Virus record (IMG/VR): IMGVR_UViG_3300025902_000617
Direction: 5' to 3' (one strand)
From: an uncultured virus (IMG/VR IMGVR_UViG_3300025902_000617)
Lineage: Duplodnaviria > Heunggongvirae > Uroviricota > Caudoviricetes
DNA: 61,039 nucleotides
Shown: piece after piece, positions 28,001 to 36,709 of the stretch
How the letters are laid out: each line of letters starts with the position of its first letter
How positions within the stretch are numbered: position 1 is the first letter of the stretch
Translations under genes and position numbers: made by a program
Notes under the pieces: model-generated
Told to the model about the DNA's origin: nothing
What the model saw: only the letters and a program-made list of their open reading frames with translations
Database searches by the model: none

Positions 28001-28853
28001 TGCATTTTATATTTCCGCAGTCTGCATCCGGGTTGAACAGGTTTCTCCCAAATTTCTTGGACTTTATTACAGACTCCAACAGATTCTTGCTGTTTTCGTT
28101 GAATATGGTATATCCGTAGGATCCGGATCCGCTCCATGCATTTTTTATGATTTGTTCGATGCAGGACGTCTTGGTCGGATTCGTTGCCGATTTATAGCAT
28201 TTAGAGGAATCGAAGAAATCCGAAGGTAGAGAAGTTGCATCAATGAAATCCACAAACGTTCCCTCGTACATCAGCTTTTCAAAGCATGACGCATATGAAT
28301 AAAAGTTTGGGGTGAATTTGTTATATTTATTCCTTGGTATCGAAACTTCACAGTTGTCTTCCAGAAGAAGATTCGGGTATTTCGATACAATTTCCCGCAT
28401 TGCGCCTTGTACCTTTTTCTTGGCTTCCTGCGAACCATAAACATACGTGTGCCCATCCGCATCTAGCAGTCCGAAGTCGCCATTTTTAGATACCGCCGAG
28501 TACGCGTCGATGATTTTTGGCATACATGTTGCAATTTCATTGGTTGTAATAGCACCGTTGTCGGTGCTGGTTCTACGATGAATATGGCATGTCGTATCTC
28601 GTATATTTATTGTCGCCAGATTTTCGAAAAATTCGTCGTCTATTATAGGGGTCGAGCCCGGGTCATCGACGATTGCGTCGAGAATATATTCCAAGCATGT
28701 GATTTCTTGTTCGTATGCTTCATTAGACCTACTATTTACATAGACTGTGAGTGGGTTTCCACCTCGTATAGAATCAAAGCACGCGCTCTGGAAATCGCGA
28801 TTGGCCGTTATCTCGGCGAGTGATTTATTTACATCGAAAAAGTAATCGGCCAT
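25071..28853 (-). CDS. Large hypothetical protein (1260 aa), Cys-rich, with an acidic C-terminal region
   Basis: Long ORF with GAGGTG SD. No recognised catalytic motif. Confidence 0.8.
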   Translation of the reverse strand: MADYFFDVNKSLAEITANRDFQSACFDSIRGGNPLTVYVNSRSNEAYEQEITCLEYILDAIVDDPGSTPIIDDEFFENLATINIRDTTCHIHRRTSTDNGAITTNEIATCMPKIIDAYSAVSKNGDFGLLDADGHTYVYGSQEAKKKVQGAMREIVSKYPNLLLEDNCEVSIPRNKYNKFTPNFYSYASCFEKLMYEGTFVDFIDATSLPSDFFDSSKCYKSATNPTKTSCIEQIIKNAWSGSGSYGYTIFNENSKNLLESVIKSKKFGRNLFNPDADCGNIKCIDTLFNIVNGTEPCSMATSLLSSYSDSNGIVDVESGESPFSGLKCANSTNCLDTLIRKVSSTYDGNGDSHWRYISEIIKNQPRYSGVCGSLRLISLVNSGANNFDIEQRMDEISTGFNPRYKFLDKAAMETCMSSVGGKEHSVNGVDYAIELGVPVVYNFARGGMTVKDFYKVMEGVSCKSIYTGETMPCIQKLTKELMTIKTSDSIIMSSDVSNILTRILDSGADAYDYTFPEGFPWFTDYLSDGLLYATIIGSDETRLAAVAMLEKMITMMGTYYANTHKLIESDSFPRMRKIGDIIYEAYDRDSKNGYNRKNLIKKPANVKHTLNNCFVHSEEDVINTINSGIFNRGLAIPSLEVLSDWYYEFEDSSVVTRIILDSLRKNEEKIKMGILGKIAKDPTMPDDTGSVNVTEKMAKMYELAYGTSIKDILSPSKQSRILYDKYCFKRSGIDHHDFMENVYNDVEGNSKLRYDPNDLVGVYDITVGDTGLFSDDHIYTYATTMYQMLYGSHEVIGSPYVQNIKENAHPVPVGLIAAVQELFDYEFVGQRKENIKGKLSMSVTPEQAAALRTTQDDIVRQIRANGNDFTFGFYYVTKDGEILDRGSSSFNFMEWTQKAPKKLKKKLQEKYPILFGQLELVSSYEKMRYKEAIEAQKSKRVQTYKMSISNKPVDVLRSAACQKFDKVSCMSLFGGGHNESLEGYIDGSYIAYLTKDSEYEPQWLARLFMHRCTNCKCVSIQDSKKYYDSSPDPYKYHPNWDLLYDAVKVVLADKGMNVLPRMRECEFEWGTTSDRVREDVMENGDSRCDEEISNMRDECISECEDECSSDSKIDAFRDEISSDVQDEIDRRYADAVAEHTVTNEDGEPELDVDEDDLRSEITDDVYETYENELLDEKIQDCKDDCDENCDYVGDDFDCWEYLTENGYVDDDGGGIVSWVDVDYAQPLKKGSNDYLGTLVQRTSQSESSDAFVKRVKSDF

Positions 28854-28995
28854 GCTACGCGAAACACCTCTAAATTCAAGTATTGTTTCTGTTTTAATGC
28901 TATATTAATGTATCGCCCTTCTAAGATTTGGTGAGTAATGGCAAGATTTAAATAGTCTATAAAACAATACATAAGTATTCACAGAGTGTGATGAT

Positions 28996-29793
28996 ATGAG
29001 TGTTGTCGACAAACATGGGCTCGTTAAAGACAATGAGCTCTTAACGGTATACTTGCCAAATTGTAATAAGGCAATGGTTTTCAGGGTTATTACCCGTGCG
29101 AACAAAGGTTTCGAAGCGTTTGATTATGGGCACCTCCCGATAAGCGCCAGTGACGTTCTCAATACTTACGATGGTGGTAATGCCACTGCCGGTCTCGATG
29201 GCGAACTTCCGGCAAGATCGTATACCACTGGGTTGCAGTTCCCGCTCACAGACGTGTGGGATTCGTCTGATATGTGGTTTGTCCCATACACGTGGAACGA
29301 CCGCGTTTATCACGTGAAGACGCGGGTTACCCCCGGGTTCGTGCGTGTTGGGTTGCAGATCCCGAAGGGTGTTAATCAGAGCAGGTTCCAGAAGGAACGC
29401 GTTATTGGTGGTGCAAACTATCAGACCGGATTCGGTTACAGCTTTGGGGAAATGGAAACCATTCACTTCCCGGAGATGCACTACGGATATACATTCGGAA
29501 ACGATACCAACCTGAATCTCCGCACCGGGGTTGAGTTTGTTTATGCCGAATACATTGTCAAAATCCCGAACAGCGCATCGTTAATCTTCGATGTGTTGTC
29601 TAAGTCTTACCCGTCTCACTGGGTGAGCCTCCCGGTAACGACCGCGGACTCTACGTTAACGCAGGGTCTCAAGAAGACGTGGGGATTCGACGGGTTCTCT
29701 GTCTATCCGAATCTCAAGCGCGATCAGGCCATCAAGGAGTACAGCGCGATTCTTGCAAGTTTCGATGTTGTATCCAAGGGGGTGCTTCTATAA
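28996..29793 (+). CDS. Putative structural protein (beta-rich, 265 aa)
   Basis: TTTAAATA promoter upstream, biased codon use. Confidence 0.6.
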   Translation: MSVVDKHGLVKDNELLTVYLPNCNKAMVFRVITRANKGFEAFDYGHLPISASDVLNTYDGGNATAGLDGELPARSYTTGLQFPLTDVWDSSDMWFVPYTWNDRVYHVKTRVTPGFVRVGLQIPKGVNQSRFQKERVIGGANYQTGFGYSFGEMETIHFPEMHYGYTFGNDTNLNLRTGVEFVYAEYIVKIPNSASLIFDVLSKSYPSHWVSLPVTTADSTLTQGLKKTWGFDGFSVYPNLKRDQAIKEYSAILASFDVVSKGVLL

Positions 29794-30233
29794 TGGTGTC
29801 CGAACTTTTTGAAATTTATGGGAGGACTTCTTCCGTAACCACAAACGCGCAGTTAACAACTGAGACGAGTGGTGTGCTTGTACTCAACAGTACCCTGTGG
29901 AGCGGCAATGCGACATTTATCCGCATCCCGAAAGGATGCGCGATGAAGATCTGGGAATCAAAGGTGTTTGCGCACAATCCCGCGACCGTCCACATCCAGC
30001 ACATGGATACCAGCAGCACGACTCTCCCGTATCAGTCAATCGAAACCGACAGTGTTCACCACTCCGGAGAGGAAGTGCGCACATCCCGGTCTGGGCGCCC
30101 GATTGTCGTGGAAAGTCACGACGGAGAGCAGTTCGTTCGGTTCCTGTTTGACGGATCCATTTTCGGGAACGACATGACATCGGGTATGATCCTCGCGTCA
30201 TACAACACCGAGATCGTAGAACTCACCGAATAA
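29793..30233 (+). CDS. Putative structural beta-sandwich protein (146 aa)
   Basis: GGGGTG SD, TAATG coupling, alternating beta pattern, T-rich terminator downstream. Confidence 0.6.
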   Translation: MVSELFEIYGRTSSVTTNAQLTTETSGVLVLNSTLWSGNATFIRIPKGCAMKIWESKVFAHNPATVHIQHMDTSSTTLPYQSIETDSVHHSGEEVRTSRSGRPIVVESHDGEQFVRFLFDGSIFGNDMTSGMILASYNTEIVELTE

Positions 30234-30308
30234 TTTTTCTCTTTTTCACTAAAACTCGTCATATTTATATACTCCGCGATCCCACGCGTAATAAAGGAGT
30301 GTATAAAA

Positions 30309-31121
30309 TTGCCAGCCGCATGGGAAATGATAAAAGCAGTTCCGCAAAATGAAACCCCGGGGAGTACTTCATCTGGGAAACAAGTTATAGGAAGACCAAC
30401 CGTAATCGGGCAGCAGGCGCGCACGTCGCCAGTGCCCCCCGGCGCACCTGTTACCAAAAGCGTTGCCGTGCTTATACCACACACCGGAGAGGTTTCGAGC
30501 GAGTGGGCTCTTATGATGAGAGAATTCCCGCTCCCGATGGGTTCTCAGTTATTCATGTCTCGCGGGATGCCCATCGATGTGACACGCGAAAGCATGGTGA
30601 ACGCTGCGATGAGCGCCGGATTCGAGTGGTTGTTTTTTATCGATTCCGACGTCATTCTTCCGAAGGACGCGTTGCAGAAACTGCTTCAGGATAACCTTCC
30701 GATTGTGAGTGGTCTGTACAAAGCAAAGAAACCGAATGGATTTTTCTGGGCGGCATGGATGCAGGGTAAAGATCCGTCTGGAGCGGATGCATTTGTACCA
30801 GTCGACAAGTGGCAGGGGCATCTATTTGAGGTAGACGTGATCGGGACTGGCTGTATGCTCATTCACAGAAAGGTTATTGAGGAGATTAAAAAGAAACGAC
30901 CGGATCTCCCATTATTTTTCTGGACTAAAGAGAGGCCGGACGTAGTGATGGACAAATTTAATCTTCCGATGCCACTTATGAAAACAGTTTCGGAAGATTT
31001 CTGGTTCTGCATGCTTGCGCGGAGCTGTGGATTTCAGGTTGTAGCCGACGGGGATGTAAAGTGTGGACACATTTCTATGGTTAAAGTAACAGAAGACACG
31101 GTAACACTTCCAAGTGTGTGA
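30309..31121 (+). CDS. GT-A (GT2-like) glycosyltransferase
   Basis: WLFFIDSDV (DxD), IVSGLY, GTGCMLIHRKV, SEDFWFC, CGH. Confidence 0.85.
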   Translation: MPAAWEMIKAVPQNETPGSTSSGKQVIGRPTVIGQQARTSPVPPGAPVTKSVAVLIPHTGEVSSEWALMMREFPLPMGSQLFMSRGMPIDVTRESMVNAAMSAGFEWLFFIDSDVILPKDALQKLLQDNLPIVSGLYKAKKPNGFFWAAWMQGKDPSGADAFVPVDKWQGHLFEVDVIGTGCMLIHRKVIEEIKKKRPDLPLFFWTKERPDVVMDKFNLPMPLMKTVSEDFWFCMLARSCGFQVVADGDVKCGHISMVKVTEDTVTLPSV

Positions 31122-31810
31122 TTATATTGAAGCGAATTTTGGGAAGACCAATGACCGCGGATCAGGCCGGTGAGTACGTAACACTGCTTACACGCGAAGT
31201 GCTGAATCCGGAAACGCTATCTGCCAATGCTTGTGCGTTCAGATTCCAATGGGCAAGTGCTTTGATAGATTCTTTGATTGCAAGTGGTTTTTATTACAGG
31301 AGATGCTTAGACGTCGGGGCGTACAATGGTAGAATGTCTATACTCATGGCGAAAAAACGATGGGGAGCCGATGTAAAAAATACAATCGCCGTTGATGCCG
31401 TGGATTCATTCAAAGATGCATACGAATCGCTATCTGCATCTGCTGAAACGCTGCGCAAAAGCGGATTTGATATGACAGCCCACAACATAAAATTTGAAGA
31501 TTACAAAACAGATAAGCTGTATGATGCCATATTTGCATTTGAAGTGCTTGAGCACATGCAAGATCCTTTGTTTTGCATTGAAAAAATGTACGACATGCTC
31601 GAAATAGGAGGAGATCTGTTTATAACCGTTCCGGAAGAGCGCGGAGCATACGGGTTGTCCGACAAGAACTGTTACCATTATTGGGCAAGCACAGTTCAAT
31701 CGTTAGTGTCTGTTCTGTTCTACGACGACAGAAAATGGAGTATAAAGAATATGATCGAGCAGGGCGGATTGATTCACATGCGTATACAAAAAAGAACCTA
31801 CATGGAGTGA
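31118..31810 (+). CDS. Class I SAM-dependent methyltransferase
   Basis: CLDVGAYNG, YDAIFAFEVLEH, GGDLFITVP. Confidence 0.88.
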   Translation: MIILKRILGRPMTADQAGEYVTLLTREVLNPETLSANACAFRFQWASALIDSLIASGFYYRRCLDVGAYNGRMSILMAKKRWGADVKNTIAVDAVDSFKDAYESLSASAETLRKSGFDMTAHNIKFEDYKTDKLYDAIFAFEVLEHMQDPLFCIEKMYDMLEIGGDLFITVPEERGAYGLSDKNCYHYWASTVQSLVSVLFYDDRKWSIKNMIEQGGLIHMRIQKRTYME

Positions 31811-31822
31811 CAGGGTGAAAAA

Positions 31823-32983
31823 ATGACGTTTGACAGAGAATATTTCGAATGTGATAATCAAGACATTGGCTATCGCAGTGAAGGATTTCGCGATTTCGGA
31901 GAGCATTTTGCGGCAGTGAATCGAATAGTAAGCATGAAACCGAAGAATGTACTCGAACTTGGAGGAGCTCGCGGGTATGTTGCAAAAAAATTAATAGCAT
32001 CTGGAGTACCCACGCGCGTGCTCGAACGAAGTAAACATTGTTTTTATACGCGCGCGGTAGATACATTCATTCCGCACGATATAGAATATACACCGTATCC
32101 GTTCGGAGACAAAGAGTTCGATATGGTTTTTTCGGATTCCGTCATGGAACATATCAGCTACGAACATATTGACGATGTAATTAAAGAAATAACTCGCATT
32201 AGCAACAGAAGTTTACACGGTATGCCTATAACAGACAGTGGGCAAACGCGAGAAGGGTTCATGGGGGACAACACCCATGTAATATACGAATCTAAAGAGT
32301 GGTGGGTAAATAAATTTAAGCAAGCGGATCCGTCTCATGTGGTTGAAATTAGTGGGAATATTGTGGGGGATGCTGGAAACGTGGTGTCTTTGCCAACGGT
32401 ATCATACGATGGGACAGATTTAATAAAATTAAATATCGGATCATACATAAATATGTTTCACTACGGGTGGACGAATACCGATATCTTGGATTTGGGGAAG
32501 TTTGCAGAGCGCAGCTGCTATATATTTAATCAACACGACGCTACCAAACAATTTCCGGTTGGAGACGGGGTTGTTGACTTGATATTTACATCACACGCGC
32601 TTGAGCATTTCAAGAAGGAAGACGCGAGGAATCTTCTAAAAGAATGCTATCGCATCATGAAACCCGGTGGGAGAATACGAATAGCGGTTCCAAACGTGGA
32701 ACTGCTTATGCGTCAGTGTGTAGATGGAAATCTCGACTACCTAAAACACATTAGTCCGGGAGCAGAGCGCGCCAAGTGTGATATGGATAAATTTTGTGAA
32801 GTTGCAATGAGCAACCACGAACGGCTGTACAGCGCGTGCAGCTTGCGCTCGGATTTGAAAGACGCGGGGTTTGTCGATATAGAGATTTCGGATCCCTTCC
32901 ATTCAAAATCGTTAGTGATGCAGAACGAAACGATTGTTAGTCACCCGGACATCTCTCTTGTGATGGAGGCTGTGAAATTATGA
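31823..32983 (+). CDS. Tandem two-domain SAM-dependent methyltransferase
   Basis: VLELGGARG..FDMVFSDSVMEH and KLNIGS..VDLIFTSHALEH..RIMKPGG.IRIAVP. Confidence 0.85.
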   Translation: MTFDREYFECDNQDIGYRSEGFRDFGEHFAAVNRIVSMKPKNVLELGGARGYVAKKLIASGVPTRVLERSKHCFYTRAVDTFIPHDIEYTPYPFGDKEFDMVFSDSVMEHISYEHIDDVIKEITRISNRSLHGMPITDSGQTREGFMGDNTHVIYESKEWWVNKFKQADPSHVVEISGNIVGDAGNVVSLPTVSYDGTDLIKLNIGSYINMFHYGWTNTDILDLGKFAERSCYIFNQHDATKQFPVGDGVVDLIFTSHALEHFKKEDARNLLKECYRIMKPGGRIRIAVPNVELLMRQCVDGNLDYLKHISPGAERAKCDMDKFCEVAMSNHERLYSACSLRSDLKDAGFVDIEISDPFHSKSLVMQNETIVSHPDISLVMEAVKL

Positions 32984-34029
32984 AGATCGCACTCGTATCA
33001 CCCCCGTTATTAAAAACGCCGCCGGATAAATATGGGGGACTCGAACAAGTCGTTTACGATCTCGGATGCGCACTTGCAAAAGGAGGGGACGATGTTACCC
33101 TCTTTGCCCCTCCCGGCAGTCATATTGATGGGGGGAAGTTATTCGAAACCGTAGTAGCCCCAGAACGCGTGGATGTAAATTGGATCCAGCTTGAGGGAGA
33201 ATCTTACAACAAGTATGTCCACGAACTCGAACATTTCGACATTGTGCATTGCCACACGTGGTTCGCATTCCCCTATCTTGCAAAAATGACGAAACCTTCG
33301 ATTAAAATTTGCCATACCCACCACGGGCACCTCGATTGGAAGGTTAACGCGATACCACCGCAGATAGGTAAAGTGAACCTTATCGCAATATCGGAGTACA
33401 TGAGCAAGGAATACCAAATGCAGGGGTGGAGTTCGAAATATGTATATAACGGGATCGACATTGACAAATACAAATATTCCGATAAGAAGGAAGATCGGTT
33501 CGCGTTTGTTGGCAGAATCAGCGAATTCAAGCAACCAGATCTTGCAATTCGCGCTGCAATTGCAGCGAATACCCCCATTGATATCATAGGAGGATCTTTC
33601 GTAGACAAACCGGCGTTTCTTGAAACTATAAAAACAATGTGTGATAACAGTAATGGTATTGCGACGTTGCATTTAGATTTGCCGAATGACAAGAAAGTAG
33701 AGATTGTTCAATCTGCAAAAGCATCACTCGTTCCAAGCAATTTCCACGAGCCGTTCGGCCTCGTCGCATGTGAAAGTCTCGCCATGGGAACACCTGTTAT
33801 CGCTCTTGATGACGGGGCTCTGCGTGAAGTTGTCGGGGATAATGGGAAAGCGGGGTTTGTTGTTGGAACCGAGGAACAATTTACAGAAATGTGCAAGAAA
33901 ATAGGAACACCCGGGTTTGAAATATCTTCACAGGTATGCAGGGATAGATCTCTTAAATTCAGTAGGGACAATATGGCCAAAAGATACAGAAAATTGTACG
34001 AGCAAATTATAAGTGGATCCGAGTGGTGA
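32980..34029 (+). CDS. GT4 (GT-B) glycosyltransferase
   Basis: PP..YGGLE, DIVHCH, VYNGID, FVGRI..K, EPFGLVACESLAMGTPVI. Confidence 0.92.
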   Translation: MKIALVSPPLLKTPPDKYGGLEQVVYDLGCALAKGGDDVTLFAPPGSHIDGGKLFETVVAPERVDVNWIQLEGESYNKYVHELEHFDIVHCHTWFAFPYLAKMTKPSIKICHTHHGHLDWKVNAIPPQIGKVNLIAISEYMSKEYQMQGWSSKYVYNGIDIDKYKYSDKKEDRFAFVGRISEFKQPDLAIRAAIAANTPIDIIGGSFVDKPAFLETIKTMCDNSNGIATLHLDLPNDKKVEIVQSAKASLVPSNFHEPFGLVACESLAMGTPVIALDDGALREVVGDNGKAGFVVGTEEQFTEMCKKIGTPGFEISSQVCRDRSLKFSRDNMAKRYRKLYEQIISGSEW

Positions 34030-34030
34030 T

Positions 34031-35194
34031 ATGAGAATAGTAAATTTAATTAACCCGCCAGCGCTTGAGCTGTATGATCCGAATGCGTACCCACAACTTG
34101 GGCTGCTGTATCTTGGAGGAGCATTACGGCGCGCTGGGTTCCATTGCAGGTTTGTCGATTTGGCAGATAAAGAGACGTACACGGTTCCAGATGCGGATTA
34201 TCACTTAATATCAGTTTTGCATGCTACATACAAATCCGCTCTCGGAGTTAGGAATTCTATTCAGGATGGAATGGTTGTGGTTGGCGGTGCGCAAGCTACA
34301 ATAGATCCGATACAGACATATGAAGATTTTCACCCGGACGCTCTTGTTACCGGGGAAGCCGATACGGAAATTGCAAACGTACTGTCCAATGGCGCGCGGG
34401 GAATTATTGGTGGGGGAGTAATAAAAAACTTAGATTCGCTTGCATTTCCCGATAGGGATCTCGTTCCTATAGAAAAGCTTAGGAATGTTTCCGGGGTAAA
34501 TATGGATCGGTACACCGGAGATGGAGCCACAACAACGATGATCTCGTCGCGCGGATGCCCGTTTCGTTGCAACTTCTGTTGCAAAGTCCCACAGAACGAA
34601 TATTTTCGGTGGAGAAGTCCGAGGAATATTGTGGACGAAATGTTCGAACTGCGCGAGAAGTATGATATAAATCAAGTGCGGTTTTACGACGATTGCTTTA
34701 CTGTAAATCCTAAGCGGGTGTATGATTTTTGCAGCTTGCTCAAAGGGAAGGGTTTTTACTGGTCATGCATGACGCGAGCTGATGCTATTCCAGATCGCAT
34801 GGCAAGGGAAATGTACTCTAGTGGGTGCAGGGATGTCCAGATTGGTATTGAGTCTGGGAGCCAGAAAATTCTCAATGACATGAATAAAAAGACAAATGTT
34901 GAAACAAATAAAAAAGCCATAGAGACTATAAAGAATGCGGGAATGAAAGCAAGAATATTCCTCATGGAATTGTACCCAACGGAAACCGCGGAAGACACGG
35001 AGCTTACAAAGAAATTCGTTACCGACACGCAACCAGACGGTGTTACACTTTCATCGTTTCTCCCGCTTCCGGGTAGTAGTTTATACGAAAAGTATAGAAA
35101 TGATCCCCGGTACTCAGGACGAACATATTATAATCTGGAACGAGATTCAGATTTAAAAACGTGGATAAAATCGGAAGTGTGGAGAAAACAATAA
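34031..35194 (+). CDS. B12-binding radical SAM enzyme (class B methyltransferase-like)
   Basis: PQLGLLYL, VVGG, GEAD, SRGCPFRCNFC, FYDDCF, GIESGSQ. Confidence 0.9.
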   Translation: MRIVNLINPPALELYDPNAYPQLGLLYLGGALRRAGFHCRFVDLADKETYTVPDADYHLISVLHATYKSALGVRNSIQDGMVVVGGAQATIDPIQTYEDFHPDALVTGEADTEIANVLSNGARGIIGGGVIKNLDSLAFPDRDLVPIEKLRNVSGVNMDRYTGDGATTTMISSRGCPFRCNFCCKVPQNEYFRWRSPRNIVDEMFELREKYDINQVRFYDDCFTVNPKRVYDFCSLLKGKGFYWSCMTRADAIPDRMAREMYSSGCRDVQIGIESGSQKILNDMNKKTNVETNKKAIETIKNAGMKARIFLMELYPTETAEDTELTKKFVTDTQPDGVTLSSFLPLPGSSLYEKYRNDPRYSGRTYYNLERDSDLKTWIKSEVWRKQ

Positions 35195-36135
35195 TGCTAA
35201 GTGTCATCTACCCGACAAACCGGCTCGGCGGATTTGATATTTTAATCAACTGCCTTAAAAATCAGACGTTTAAAGACTGGGAGCTTATTGTCGTAGATGA
35301 TCTTCCAAATAGAAATTTAGAAGAGCTAATAAAGGAAACGGGGATACCGATTTCATATTATGGCAAGTCCAAAGAAAAACATTACACGGATACACCGTAT
35401 CCATTTTCAAATGTGTTCAACACCGGGCTTTTGAAGTCGAGCGGGGATATTGCAGTGTTTCTTCAAGATTATATATGGATTCCCCCGGAATCACTCGCGA
35501 GATGGGATACATTATATCGCAAAAGCAGGGATATGCTTGTAACTGCAATTGGAAAGGAAATATCATACCACGGAATGTTTAACCCGGGGCACGAATCTAT
35601 ATTTGAACCGAAATTCGACGGGTGGAAAACATTCACCGAGCCGGATTCTGGTCGATTTGAACGTACTGCATTTACAACACCCGGATATAGAGATGGGTTG
35701 TTTATACCGGGCAGGGAATTGATTACCCGTACTAATAAAACAATATTCACAACCGAATTTGATCCTGTCACAGCTCCCGGTATGGAATTGCCATATGAAT
35801 TTTTCTATGGGGCGTTCCCTATGGAATTTTTCGAAGATATCAATGGCTTTGATGAACGATGTGATTATAAAGGAGACTTTACTCACCGTGTTGTAGTTTA
35901 TCAAGCTATGAAACGTGGGTATAAATTTATGGTCGATTTAGAAAATTACTGTTATTATGTAGATCACAAGAGATGGAAAACCAAAGAGGATGGTGTTAGT
36001 AATATGTTCAACGCCATGGAGAATTGCAGTAGCAGAGATAAAATCAAATGGGAAGATGTGAACTGGGACGAACCAAATCTGAACAATTTCAATCTAAAGC
36101 AAGATCGTATAGGGAACAAACATGACTCCGACTAA
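35194..36135 (+). CDS. GT2 glycosyltransferase
   Basis: LSVIYPT..LKNQTFKDWELIVVDD, GDIAVFLQD, INGFDE. Confidence 0.85.
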   Translation: MLSVIYPTNRLGGFDILINCLKNQTFKDWELIVVDDLPNRNLEELIKETGIPISYYGKSKEKHYTDTPYPFSNVFNTGLLKSSGDIAVFLQDYIWIPPESLARWDTLYRKSRDMLVTAIGKEISYHGMFNPGHESIFEPKFDGWKTFTEPDSGRFERTAFTTPGYRDGLFIPGRELITRTNKTIFTTEFDPVTAPGMELPYEFFYGAFPMEFFEDINGFDERCDYKGDFTHRVVVYQAMKRGYKFMVDLENYCYYVDHKRWKTKEDGVSNMFNAMENCSSRDKIKWEDVNWDEPNLNNFNLKQDRIGNKHDSD

Positions 36136-36664
36136 CCTTCATCTCGGGTGTGGGAAAAAATTCATCCCCGGGTTTATTCATATCGACGCGCGGAAGTTTA
36201 ATCATTCGGATTATGTATGTCAGCTTGATGATTTGAGTATATTTAAAAGCGATTCCGTGGATTTGATTTATGCCTCGCATGTACTTGAGCATTTCAAGCG
36301 ATATGAATGCAAGACTGCCCTCAGGGAATGGCACAGGGTACTAAGACCCGGAGGGACGTTACGACTTGCTGTTCCAGATTTCGAGGCTATAGTAAAGATA
36401 TATCAGGAGAAAAAAGATGTCGAATTGCTCATTGGTTTGTTGTATGGAGGTCAGGATTACCAGTACAATTACCACCACATCGTGTTCGATTTCGAGTCTT
36501 TATCGAAACTGTTATCGAGTGTTGGTTTCGTGAATATTCACAGGTACGACTGGAAACAAACCATTCATAAGGATTACGATGATTATTCCCAAGCTTATCT
36601 TCCGCATATGGATAAAGACCATGGACTCTTAATGAGTTTAAATGTAGAATGTAATAAAAAGTGA
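36122..36664 (+). CDS. Class I SAM-dependent methyltransferase
   Basis: LHLGCG, DLIYASHVLEH, RVLRPGG.LRLAVPD. Confidence 0.9.
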   Translation: MTPTNLHLGCGKKFIPGFIHIDARKFNHSDYVCQLDDLSIFKSDSVDLIYASHVLEHFKRYECKTALREWHRVLRPGGTLRLAVPDFEAIVKIYQEKKDVELLIGLLYGGQDYQYNYHHIVFDFESLSKLLSSVGFVNIHRYDWKQTIHKDYDDYSQAYLPHMDKDHGLLMSLNVECNKK

Positions 36665-36709
36665 ATCTGGCGCGCGCGGTTGTGCACCCCAAAACGTTTT
36701 TTAAATGGT

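Noticed and set aside
25071..28853. 1260-aa ORF as a DNA/RNA polymerase or tape-measure protein
   Set aside because: No PolB, PolA or RNAP catalytic motifs were recognised, and it lacks the Ala/Gly-rich helical repeats of tape measures.
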